A DNA stretch of 62,955 nt, filler included, from Nemertoderma westbladi (taxonomy: Eukaryota; Animalia; Xenacoelomorpha): assembly GCA_032718475.1 (NCBI GenBank). It is 4 parts of 4 records of this genome, joined end to end, with 100 filler letters (N's around TTAATTAATTAA, not from the genome) between each part and the next. Parts side by side here need not be neighbours in the genome. Positions count along the whole stretch, not along the records: positions 41,846 to 59,967 come from JAUCBJ010007207.1; positions 60,068 to 62,955 come from JAUCBJ010004946.1; 2 more parts are not named here. The stretch is one strand, 5' to 3'. The position numbers and the translations under genes were made by a program. Shown here piece by piece: positions 51,844 to 62,955 of this stretch. Each line of letters opens with the position of its first letter. Position 1 is the first letter of the stretch. The notes beneath the pieces were generated by a model. That model saw only the letters and a program-made list of their open reading frames with translations. It made no database searches and was not told the DNA's origin.

Positions 51844-54819
51844 TTATTTATCTAATACAGAAAGACCTAGGAATAAGGGACGACGGACAAGGACGAAGAA
51901 ATAAACTGCTCGTTGGGGCCGTTTCCCAGGTAACGATAAGGATAACATTTCACACAATGCACTAATTGTGATTTGTTTGCATAGGTGACTGTGTTTTACA
52001 TTAGATGGGAGGCAGTTTATTTGGTTGATGTAACTCATTCTTGGTTTGCATCTTCCAATCCCATCTGTTTCTGGGAGTCCGTGTAAGCCAGGTTTATTTA
52101 AAGCAATCTTGATGGCGTTCTACAGGTAGTATAGAGTTTACTTTCAAAAGTAAATATTTACAGAAATATCCTCTTATTAATTGCATAAAATAATTAATTG
52201 TGATTGTGACATTGAGTTTTGTAAATTTCATTATTATAACTATATGTTTTATATTAAACGCAATTTCAGAAATTAATACATTTTAACAATTAATCAATTT
52301 TAACTCGTTCAGAATTTAATACATCCTGCTAATCTGCCAGATTATAGACAATACACAAGTAGAGCAAACACATGTAGAGCAAACACAAGCAGAGTAAACA
52401 CTATAAACAAGGGACTCCTGCTTAGTTGAGATGAGGTGGTTCGTTGTCTTGGCTCTGTGGTTTTCCGGAAATTTCCATAAAAACATGTATTTCCGGAAAA
52501 CTCACATCCGTAGGGGGCGGGGGGGGGACGTTTTATGAGATAATGACATTATATATTACGGGAAATAATTTCGGGAAATACGGTCTGTCAATTTAAACAT
52601 TTGATACATTTACATTTTATTTACATTTGATACATTTAAACATTTAAGTAAGAACTTTTTCACACTGACTAACCTTTGTGTTTTTACGTAATTTCAATTC
52701 AGTAATGTTCTGCATTGCTTGATCTCGTGTTTCAGAATAAAATGATTGCATGACTTCTCGGTCGGGTTGAGAACTCCATAGGAATGTAACACCGTGACTC
52801 GATTCAATATCAGCTCGTTCAAGACGTCCGGTATATCCAGGAAAAAAATCTAGAATACAAAACGGCACATTCTTCTTAATAATAATAATGTTACTACTAA
52901 CTTTATATGATTGGAATTTTAGTTTATGGGCCTAAGTTGTCGACTATTTAAGTTGGCAGCTACTTTGGAAAATATACTATATAAAAATATTAATTATTAG
53001 AATTCTTAATAAGGCCTAATGAATTTATGAATTACTTTCAATAACATATTATTGTATTAAATTAGATAATATTCTACAATATACTGTACAGAATTAAGGG
53101 GACCATTACCCCCTACGGAAGTAAAATTAAAAGTAAAATTTTTTATTTGTTTCTTTAGTTTGATAGAAGGGCTTTCATGTGGTGACATCGGTTACCACCA
53201 TTAAATAATTTCATGTCCAGAAAACTGCAATTTTCAGCAACAATATTTGTGACTTATATTCATGACTCTCTGTATAAAACAACCTTTTTCTCAGTTTGCC
53301 GATTTTGACTTTTTTCAACACTAAATTCCTACTACTTTTTCTTTTTTTATTCAATTGTTATCATCCCTATACCAAAATGTCAGAAGCTTTAGGGCTACAA
53401 TCCTGCGTATTGGTTTTGTAAAACACGACCATTTGGAACTTCTAGAACCGATTTTGCAACTGCTATCCTTTACAGCTTTGTCTATCACAATATATTTGAT
53501 TCCCAAAATATAGCCCGAACATGGTAAAAAACCCATAAATTTTTCCAAAACAATAATTCTGTGCAGAACTTTTTATAGAAGATGACCTACATAATTATCT
53601 AGGTCCATTTTGTCAAAGTCTTGGACGTATAAGTACATCCGAGGAGGTATAACAGATCCTTAAATATGAGATATTATACATATGAATACCTCAAAATTTA
53701 TACAAAACACCGACCTGCACAAAAAGTTACATATTTGTTGAACAAACGGGTTTATGAAGCTATCCATATTCAGTTAAAGATCACAGATAATTGTGTTAAA
53801 ATTTCAGAGTTGTAGCTTTAAATAAATAAAAAAAAATAGATTTGGGGTAATTGTCCCCTTAACTATCAATATGTCATATGCACGAACTACTGTAATAAAG
53901 AAACATTAAATATTAACACTGGGTACGACTTACTTGGATCCTGTCGATCTCTCCCTATAAAGTTAAAATACGAAAGATATAATAATTTACTATTGTATAA
54001 CGACTGACTGGATTTTATTAAACCCAATTACAATTATTGGAATTAAACAACACCACGTTCAAACTATGGAAATAGGCACACTATTCCTGTAAACTCCAGC
54101 TTGCATAGAAAAACGATCACGACAAAATAATTACATATTATGGTACATCTTAAAACACTCACAATGCTCATTGTAACAATCACATGACAAAATGAAACAA
54201 TTAAATGGCACATATACAAACTGTCACATTGTAAAGTGAAACTAACGCATTGCACAATGATACAATCATACAAGACTCAAGGTATAAAAACTTTAGTTAA
54301 ATATGTACTGTATAACAGGTCCCAAGCCAAAGTCACATATAGTTATCACATGGCATAGATAATAAACATTAATAATAATGAGATGATCTTCTTACCCATC
54401 ATAATGCTGTAAGGGTCATATGCTTGATTAAAGGATTGGTCATTAACTGCAATGATTCGATACTTTCCAGTTTGTATTAGACCTCTATGCCACAGTTGAT
54501 TGGCTAATTGCATTGGGTAGTGATTCCTATCTGTTGCCATGACATAAACTGAGAAAAATTAATCTGTAATTAAGCCTTTTTTATAATGATGGTAACATAT
54601 TTACATATTATGTACATGATACATAGATACATGATGCAAATATATGACTTTATTTACCGAAACATTTGGTATTAAAAATTAGCACTAAAATTATAAAATT
54701 TATATTAAAATATATTAATATTTAAAGAATCGAAGTAAAATGATCGTTCAATCTATGTCGTGAGAACTACCTATAATTTCGCCAGGTAGAGAAGCACGGC
54801 AAAGATGGTTGATATTGGC
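51844..54819 (-). CDS. Unidentified gene, 3' exons 54819-54771, 53954-53934 (21-nt microexon), 52849-52674, 52119-51844
   Basis: AG/GT boundaries and phases join into ANINHLCRASLPGEIIG-RDRQDPN-FFPGYTGRLERAD...RKNTK-NAIKIALNKPGLHG...LDK*; no family recognised. Confidence 0.6.
53098..53858. mobile_element. TTAA-flanked MITE (Kolobok-like), intronic
   Basis: TTAA|ggggaccattacccc ... ggggtaattgtcccc|TTAA. Confidence 0.8.
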
Positions 54820-57565
54820 CTGGGGTTCAGAGAGAAGCACGGCAAAGATGGTTGATATTGGCCTGGGGTTCAGAGAGAAGCACGGCAAAGAGGGTTGATA
54901 TTGGCCTGGGGTTCAGAGAGAAGCACGGCGAAGAGGGTTGATATTGGCCTGGGGTTCAGAGAGAAGCACGGCGAAGAGGGTTGTTATTGGTCTGGGGTTC
55001 AGAGAGAAGCACGGCGAAGAGGGTTGATATTGGTCTGGGGTTCAGAGAGAAGCACGGCGAAGAGGGTTGATATTGGTCTGGGGTTCAGAGAGAAGCACGG
55101 CGAAGAGGGTTGTTATTGGTCTGGGGTTCAGAGAGAAGCACGGCGAAGAGGGTTGTTATTGGTCTGGGGTTCAGAGAGAAGCACGGCAAAGAGGGTTGAT
55201 ATTGGCCTGGGGTTCAGAGAGAAGCACGGCGAAGAGGGTTGTTATTGGTCTGGGGTTCAGAGAGAAGCACGGCGAAGAGGGTTGATATTGGTCTGGGGTT
55301 CAGAGAGAAGCACGGCGAAGAGGGTTGATATTGGTCTGGGGTTCAGAGAGAAGCACGGCGAAGAGGGTTGATATTGGTCTGGGGTTCAGAGAGAAGCACG
55401 GCGAAGAGGGTTGTTATTGGCCTGGGGTTCAGAGAGAAGCACGGCGAAGAGGGTTGATATTGGCCTGGGGTTCAGAGAGAAGCACGGCGAAGAGGGTTGA
55501 TATTGGTCTGGGTTTCAGAGAGAAGCACGGCGAAGAGGGTTGATATTGGTCTGGGGTTCAGAGAGAAGCACGGCGAAGAGGGTTGATATTGGCCTGGGGT
55601 TCAGAGAGAAGCACGGCGAAGAGGGTTGATATTGGCCTGGGGTTCAGAGAGAAGCACGGCAAAGATGGTTGATATTGGCCTGGGGTTCAGAGAGAAGCAC
55701 GGCGAAGAGGGTTGATATTGGTCTGGGGTTCAGAGAGAAGCACGGCGAAGAGGGTTGTTATTGGCCTGGGGTTCAGAGAGAAGCACGGCGAAGAGGGTTG
55801 ATATTGGTCTGGGGTTCAGAGAGAAGCACGGCGAAGAGGGTTGTTATTGGCCTGGGGTTCAGAGAGAAGCACGGCGAAGAGGGTTGATATTGGCCTGGGG
55901 TTCAGAGAGAAGCACGGCGAAGAGGGTTGATATTGGTCTGGGGTTCAGAGAGAAGCACGGCGAAGAGGGTTGATATTGGTCTGGGGTTCAGAGAGAAGCA
56001 CGGCGAAGAGGGTTGTTATTGGCCTGGGGTTCAGAGAGAAGCACGGCGAAGAGGGTTGATATTGGCCTGGGGTTCAGAGAGAAGCACGGCGAAGAGGGTT
56101 GATATTGGTCTGGGGTTCAGAGAGAAGCACGGCGAAGAGGGTTGATATTGGTCTGGGGTTCAGAGAGAAGCACGGCAAAGAGGGTTGATATTGGCCTGGG
56201 GTTCAGAGAGAAGCACGGCGAAGAGGGTTGATATTGGCCTGGGGTTCAGAGAGAAGCACGGCAAAGATGGTTGATATTGGCCTGGGGTTCAGAGAGAAGC
56301 ACGGCGAAGAGGGTTGATATTGGCCTGGGGTTCAGAGAGAAGCACGGCAAAGATGGTTGATATTGGCCTGGGGTTCAGAGAGAAGCACGGCGAAGAGGGT
56401 TGATATTGGTCTGGGGTTCAGAGAGAAGCACGGCGAAGAGGGTTGATATTGGTCTGGGGTTCAGAGAGAAGCACGGCGAAGAGGGTTGTTATTGGTCTGG
56501 GGTTCAGAGAGAAGCACGGCGAAGAGGGTTGTTATTGGTCTGGGGTTCAGAGAGAAGCACGGCGAAGAGGGTTGTTATTGGTCTGGGGTTCAGAGAGAAG
56601 CACGGCGAAGAGGGTTGATATTGGTCTGGGGTTCAGAGAGAAGCACGGCGAAGAGGGTTGATATTGGCCTGGGGTTCAGAGAGAAGCACGGCAAAGATGG
56701 TTGATATTGGCCTGGGGTTCAGAGAGAAGCACGGCGAAGAGGGTTGATATTGGTCTGGGGTTCAGAGAGAAGCACGGCGAAGAGGGTTGATATTGGTCTG
56801 GGGTTCAGAGAGAAGCACGGCGAAGAGGGTTGTTATTGGTCTGGGGTTCAGAGAGAAGCACGGCGAAGAGGGTTGATATTGGTCTGGGGTTCAGAGAGAA
56901 GCACGGCGAAGAGGGTTGTTATTGGTCTGGGGTTCAGAGAGAAGCACGGCGAAGAGGGTTGATATTGGTCTGGGGTTCAGAGAGAAGCACGGCGAAGAGG
57001 GTTGTTATTGGCCTGGGGTTCAGAGAGAAGCACGGCAAAGATGGTTGATATTGGCCTGGGGTTCAGAGAGAAGCACGGCAAAGAGGGTTGATATTGGCCT
57101 GGGGTTCAGAGAGAAGCACGGCGAAGAGGGTTGATATTGGCCTGGGGTTCAGAGAGAAGCACGGCAAAGATGGTTGATATTGGCCTGGGGTTCAGAGAGA
57201 AGCACGGCGAAGAGGGTTGATATTGGTCTGGGGTTCAGAGAGAAGCACGGCGAAGAGGGTTGATATTGGCCTGGGGTTCAGAGAGAAGCACGGCGAAGAG
57301 GGTTGTTATTGGCCTGGGGTTCAGAGAGAAGCACGGCAAAGATGGTTGATATTGGCCTGGGGTTCAGAGAGAAGCACGGCAAAGATGGTTGATATTGGCC
57401 TGGGGTTCAGAGAGAAGCACGGCAAAGAGGGTTGATATTGGCCTGGGGTTCAGAGAGAAGCACGGCGAAGAGGGTTGATATTGGCCTGGGGTTCAGAGAG
57501 AAGCACGGCAAAGATGGTTGATATTGGCCTGGGGTTCAGAGAGAAGCACGGCGAAGAGGGTTGAT
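54788..57565 (-). repeat. 43-bp tandem array (about 64 copies) spanning a predicted 3' splice acceptor
   Basis: Minus-strand unit ctgaaccccag|gccaatatcaaccatctttgccgtgcttctct; the last copy runs into exon 54819-54771. Confidence 0.92.
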
Positions 57566-58269
57566 AACGAGTTCGTTCAGTGCCTTACAATGAGCCGCAC
57601 GATCAATGGCAATAAGATTAGGGTCGAAACAGAGCGTGGTAACTTGGATGGTCTACAATACCGCAATCTACATGTTTACATGAAATGGATGACATTTTAA
57701 GAGGTGTTATAACATGGATGGACTGTACTTTTTACATTTATACCTTTACATCAATGTGATGGCTTGTAGTATATTTTCTGCTGTTTGAAGAATAAAACAA
57801 CGAGCTGTATCAGAATTATAATATTGCATTGTATAAGTGTGGGTTGCAGTTCATTGACAGGAATATTATTCTCCAACATTAAATACATCATTAGCAGGCT
57901 TGTGTGAATTACTGTGTTAGTTTAATATATGAAATCGCCACATAGACAACAGATGGTGAACTATGTAAGTAATACATACCCATGGCTATCAATTTTTACG
58001 AGAATTCTCATTATAATTGTAACAACTTTGTAATTGATTCAGCTGTTTGATTTTTAGTGCAGCTGAATGCTTCTGGGCCTTTCTAATCGTGATAAGTAGA
58101 GTTGGTATAAGGGAAATAATATTGAAGTCTAATTGTAAAATCTGTCGCAATATTGTTCTGAATTCTGATTCAGATTTCTGCTTCTACATATTACAAAAAA
58201 AAGAAAAAACTAAAGATTCAGCTTGAGCTTGAGCACTTTACAAGACCAAGTTACCAAATTGATGCCGCC

Positions 58270-59630
58270 ATTGGGTCTACAACTAGATAACGAGTTCGTT
58301 CAGTGCCTTACAATGGGCCGCATGATCAATGGCGATAAGATCAGGGTCGAGACAGAGCCGGCAACAACAGGTATCGGTAGGTCTCCAGTTTTGACTCGCA
58401 CAGACCTTGTGGTGGTACGCGATCGAGATATATTGTGCCGCTATTCGGCGGCGGTTTCCAGAAAGTTTACCCAATGAGAGCGAACCACTATCGGGGATAT
58501 CCACTGCAGACAAGATTCGAGAAGTGGAGCTAAACTTACTGATATCGCTCTAGAGTTTATAAAGGAGGCCACGATTTTTAATGACGTGCTTTAAATTAAG
58601 AAGATTATTGTGCTTAGAGGGTGAGTCCTCAAATATAACACATCCGTTTGTTACGACATTAACACGACCAGAGCCCAAAGTTTGTTTGCAGTGTCGAGTG
58701 AAACTGCAGAAAGGTCTAATTTCGTAGCCAAGCGCAGACAAGAAGCAACCCGACATTTCATCGCTTTGGTTTTTGACGCACTCACTCACGCTTTGGTTCA
58801 CATTGAGATAGTTCGAGCGACAATAAACATCGAGCTCATCAAGGGCAGACTGTACCATCTGTAGTGAAGATCCACAGATAACAAGATCATCGGCGTACAG
58901 AAGAATGACAATACAAATGGTCACATACGGAAAGGTCTGCTATAAACAGGATAAATAAAAGTGGTGATAATTTATCACCATGTATCAACCCCACCATCTT
59001 TTGGATGGGGCTGGATAGGTGGCTGGCTGCCCATACAGATTCACATCGCGTTAACTGCAATGAGAAACCATAGAACACGAATAAGAATTGAGCTCACTCC
59101 AAGGCCGGAAAGTTTTCAGCAGAATTTTACCCTGTCGACCGAATCGAAGGCCTTGGTGAAGTCTAAAAATACTACATATAAGCAACCTTCCTGTGAAGAT
59201 AGGGCAGAGTTGATCCGTTTATAGAACCCACCGCCATCAGAGTAGAACTTCTTTTTCTGAACCCATACTGCTCGTCCGGGAGAATATTATGGGTCTCAGC
59301 CCAGTTGTTTATTACAGTATATTAAAGAGTATAGTAGTGCAAGCTTTTAGCAAGCAAGAATGCAGGGCAATCCCTCGGTAGCAGTCAGGGGATAATTTAG
59401 CACCTTTTCCCTTGTAAAGTGGGATAATTATTGATATCAGCCATGAAGCCGGGCAGGTTGCAGTTCGAAAACAGACAGTGAAGAGGCTCCAGAGTAGAAC
59501 CAGTAAGTTCAAAGCCAAACCCGGCCTTTAAAGATTCAGTAGTAATGCCATCTAAACCAGCTGCTTTGTTGTTGTTCTGACATGCAACTGATTCCGTTAT
59601 TTCTGCATCGGGTGATAGTACAATCAAGTT
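58270..59630 (-). pseudogene. Decayed, 5'-truncated LINE RT; second short copy of its 3' end at about 57563-57635
   Basis: KAAGLDGI, YRGIALHS, GDKLSPLLF, LLYADDL in different frames with stops; C-terminal CRLC...HAAHC. Confidence 0.85.
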
Positions 59631-59967
59631 CAGACACCGCGATTTCTGGAATACTTTAAATAAACTGTATGTACCAACAAATCAAACCACTGACTATAAA
59701 TACCAAAAATATCTGCGGTCAGCGATCGGTATAAAAGTATAGCATTTTTCCATTTCAAATTTCCAATGGTCTCATTATGATTTAAGTACACACAGGTGGT
59801 GGGTGGGTTAAGTTTATATGAGGTAAACCTGTGAGTACCATTATAACATGTCCTCATCCGATTCATATTTAATTGCTCGGAAGATTCCGCCAACGTCAGG
59901 AATGAATACTTTGTACTTTTGTACAACCCTACATCTTCCAATGAAGTTATTCAAGTCATATAGTTGT

Positions 59968-60067
59968 NNNNNNNNNNNNNNNNNNNNNNNNNNNNNNNNN
60001 NNNNNNNNNNNTTAATTAATTAANNNNNNNNNNNNNNNNNNNNNNNNNNNNNNNNNNNNNNNNNNNN
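59968..60067. other. Artificial assembly linker
   Basis: N44-TTAATTAATTAA-N44. Confidence 0.97.
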
Positions 60068-60598
60068 ACACAGACCCTGTCAGTGTCTCAGACACAGACC
60101 CTGTCAGCGTCTAAGACATAGACCCTGTCAGTGTCTCAGACACAGACCCTGTCAGTGTCTCAGACACAGACCCTGTCAGTGTCTCAGACACAGACCCTGT
60201 CAGTGTCTCAGACACAGATCCCGTCAATGTCTCAGATACAAACACTGTCAGTGTCTCAGACACAGACCCTGTCAGTGTCTCAGACGCAGACCCTGTCAGT
60301 GTCTCAGACACAGACCCTGTCAGTGTCTCAGACACAGACCCTGTCAGTGTCTCAGACACAGATCCTGTCAGTGTCTCAGATACAAACACTGTCAGTGTCT
60401 CAGACACAGATCCTGTCAGTGTCTGAGACACAAACCCTGTCAGTGTCTCAGACACAGATCCTGTCAGTGTCTCAGATACAAACACTGTCAGTGTCTCAGA
60501 CACAGACCCTGTCAGTGTCTCAGACACAGATCCTGTCAGTGTCTGAGACACAAACCCTGTCAGTGTCTCAGACACCGACCCTGTCATCGTTTCAGACA
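60068..60598 (+). repeat. 24-bp intronic minisatellite (gtctcagacacagaccctgtcagt)n
   Basis: Directly visible; starts about 15 nt after the PAPSS donor at 60613. Confidence 0.95.
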
Positions 60599-60613
60599 TA
60601 TATAAATAATTAC

Positions 60614-62606
60614 CTGATATAAATAGGAAGTTGTCTTTATGTTTTGGATCGTAGAAGTCCATGGAATTGGTGGCCGTGTTGTAGGCGGCTACTCGGAAGG
60701 GAACAATCTCGAGTTGGGACAGACCCGGGGCCATTGTGAGGACCTTCCTACCGTGGGTGGCGTCGTATAGATCCTCTTTGGTGTCTGGATGTGCCATTCC
60801 CGCTGGGTCCCGACCCACTATGTAGCAGTTGGCACCGGTAGCCATTCGGCATCGAGCATGCCATTGCACTTCGGTTGGTCCTAATAAACAATGGCAAATT
60901 ATTTTAATCAACATTTAAAACTGCTTTTTTAACAAGCGGAGAACTACAGGCGTAGACGCTGTGCCGACAGAGGTGCCGACAGAGCGTCTACGCCCGAGAA
61001 CTACAGCTTTAACTTTAATAGTAATGTGTTTAGATAAGTTTATGTTTATTATTATTAGCACGACTCCATATTAATAAAGTGATTTAGGTAACATTTTAAA
61101 GCTGCGGATGGTGATTTCTATTTTATGGCAGTAACTTGCGTACATCATTGGAGGAGGGAATATTGCCTAACTCACTAAACTGCGTACATCATTGGAGAAG
61201 GGAATATTGCCTAACTCACTAACCTGCGTACATCATTGGAGCTGGGAATATTGCCTAACTCACTAACCTGCGTACATCATTGGAGCTGGGAATATTGCCT
61301 AACTCACTAACCTGCGTACATCATTGGAGCTGGGAATATTGCCTAACTCACTAAACTGCGTACATCATTGGAGAAGGGAATATTGCCTAACTCACTAACC
61401 TGCGTACATCATTGGAGCTGGGAATATTGCCTAACTCACTAACCTGCGTACATCATTGGAGCTGGGAATATTGCCTAACTCACTAACCTGCGTACATCAT
61501 TGGAGCTGGGAATATTGCCTAACTCACTAACCTGCGTACATCATTGGAGCTGGGAATATTGCCTAACTCACTAACCTGCGTACATCATTGGAGCTGGGAA
61601 TATTGCCTAACTCACTAACCTGCGTACATCATTGGAGAAGAGAATATTGCCTAACTCACTAACCTGCGTACATCATTGGAGCTGGGAATATTGCCTAACT
61701 CACTAACCTGCGTACATCATTGGAGAAGGGAATATTGCCTAACTCACTAACCTGTGTACATCATTGGAGCTGGGAATATTGCCTAACTCACTAACCTGCG
61801 TGCATCATTGGAGCTGGGAATATTGCCTAACTCACTAACCTGTGTACATCATTGGAGCTGGGAATATTGCCTAACTCACTAACCTGCGTACATCATTGGA
61901 GCTGGGAATATTGCCTAACTCACTAACCTGCGTACATCATTGGAGAAGGGAATATTGCAACCACGGTGGACTCTGGGTCTAATACCTTCTCATCGAGAAC
62001 AGCTTGGTGTTGTTTCATTCGAATGTTCAGAGGTACATCATCGCTTTTAGTCCAACCACCTAAGTGATATAATAATTAATTAGCACCGCACCCATCGCTG
62101 TGGGGGGATGGGGGTATTACTTTATAGTGGTAAGTACTTATACTTATATTAATGATGTATGCTGAACAGAATCTGATTATAAACCGACCATCAGCAATTC
62201 AAGAGTTTATTTATATAGGAAGAGAAACCCACCCAAGGGGTGTAGAAGAAGAACTGGCTTTCTGTATCCTCTCTCCAACAACCGGCGTTTAGTATCTTGC
62301 ATTAGTAGGGCGTGTCCATTGTGAACCTAAAAAACATTATGATTTATGGGCAGCTGCATCAGCAGTATAGATGTTATTCTAAATGTAGAAGCTCTGTACT
62401 AAATGAATACCGTACTGGTACGGTAGTCTTTTACTTACGGGATTGCGTAGCTGGAAGGCGAACACAGCGTCGGCACCCATGTCTCCGAAACGTTTCCGTA
62501 ACTGATTCGGTGTCAGACGATATTCGTCCAAACCATCTCCCCATTTAATTGGACGAAGGACCTCCAGACGACCACCAACCAACCAATCCCCGCTATCAAA
62601 AACCAT
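60614..62606 (-). CDS. PAPSS: Bifunctional PAPS synthase, ATP sulfurylase domain; exons 62606-62439, 62326-62233, 62059-61928, 60880-60614 (partial gene)
   Basis: [18 protein letters not shown]|[63 protein letters not shown] with canonical splice sites. Confidence 0.95.
61135..61958 (-). repeat. 44-bp tandem array (about 19 copies) spanning a PAPSS splice donor
   Basis: Minus-strand unit gcaatattcccagctccaatgatgtacgcag|gttagtgagttag. Confidence 0.95.
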
Positions 62607-62690
62607 CTAATAGAAATACAAAATATTTCTAGCTTTTAGTTCGTTATTTGAAAACTCAAATATTATTAGTATTATACGATTATTTCAACT

Positions 62691-62955
62691 GAACTGCCTT
62701 CCTTTCTCACCTGTACATAAGGATGTCACTTATTGGCTGTGCCGAACTGCCTTCCTTTCTCATCTGTACATAAGGATGTCCCTTATTGGCTGTGCCGAAC
62801 TGCCTTCCTTTCTCACCTGTACATAAAGATGTCCCTTATTGGCTGTGCCAAACTGCCTTCCTTTCTCACCTGTACATAAAGATGTCCCTTATTGGCTGTG
62901 CCAAACTGCCTTCCTTTCTCACCTGTACATAAGGATGTCCCTTATTGGCTGTGCC
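62691..62955 (-). repeat. 53-bp tandem array (at least 5 copies, runs off the window) spanning another PAPSS splice donor
   Basis: Minus-strand unit gcagttcggcacagccaataagggacatccttatgtacag|gtgagaaaggaag, encoding QFGTANKGHPYVQ then a GT donor. Confidence 0.9.

Noticed and set aside
54895-57700. Many 72-aa plus-strand ORFs
   Set aside because: Artefacts of the 43-bp array; the interpretable signal is on the minus strand
57975-58185. Candidate upstream exon of the minus-strand gene
   Set aside because: Has AG/GT-like ends but stops in all three frames
60111-60914. 267-aa ORF fusing PAPSS to TGSVSETL repeats
   Set aside because: A canonical donor (tcag|gtaatt) at 60613 ends the exon; the rest is intronic satellite

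Overview
AT-rich, repeat-dense eukaryotic (probably invertebrate animal) DNA in four contigs joined by artificial 100-bp linkers (N44-TTAATTAATTAA-N44 at 23053, 41746, 59968), so adjacency across linkers is not guaranteed. Host genes: an intronless MRPS24 (uS3m), the C-terminal 2.4-kb exon of CPSF1, four PAPSS (ATP sulfurylase domain) exons, and two unidentified multi-exon genes reconstructed from splice sites and phase. Mobile DNA: the 3' half of a BEL/Pao LTR retrotransposon, two CRE-like RLE non-LTR elements, an apparently intact two-ORF APE LINE, a decayed LINE, a tRNA-like SINE and many MITEs. The strongest signal: in three unrelated genes, four tandem arrays (29, 43, 44 and 53 bp units, up to about 64 copies) are built from an exon-intron junction itself, each unit being 17-40 nt of exon edge plus only 11-13 nt of intron. 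This creates runs of decoy donors or acceptors whose use would give a stop or frameshift. Other notable items are a probable -1 frameshift (G_GUU_UUU) linking LINE ORF1 to an AUG-less ORF2, a satellite that seems to have grown inside a CRE ORF, a TIR element between 560-bp direct duplications, and a CPSF1 3' half with no visible 5' half. All calls are by eye; no searches were run.
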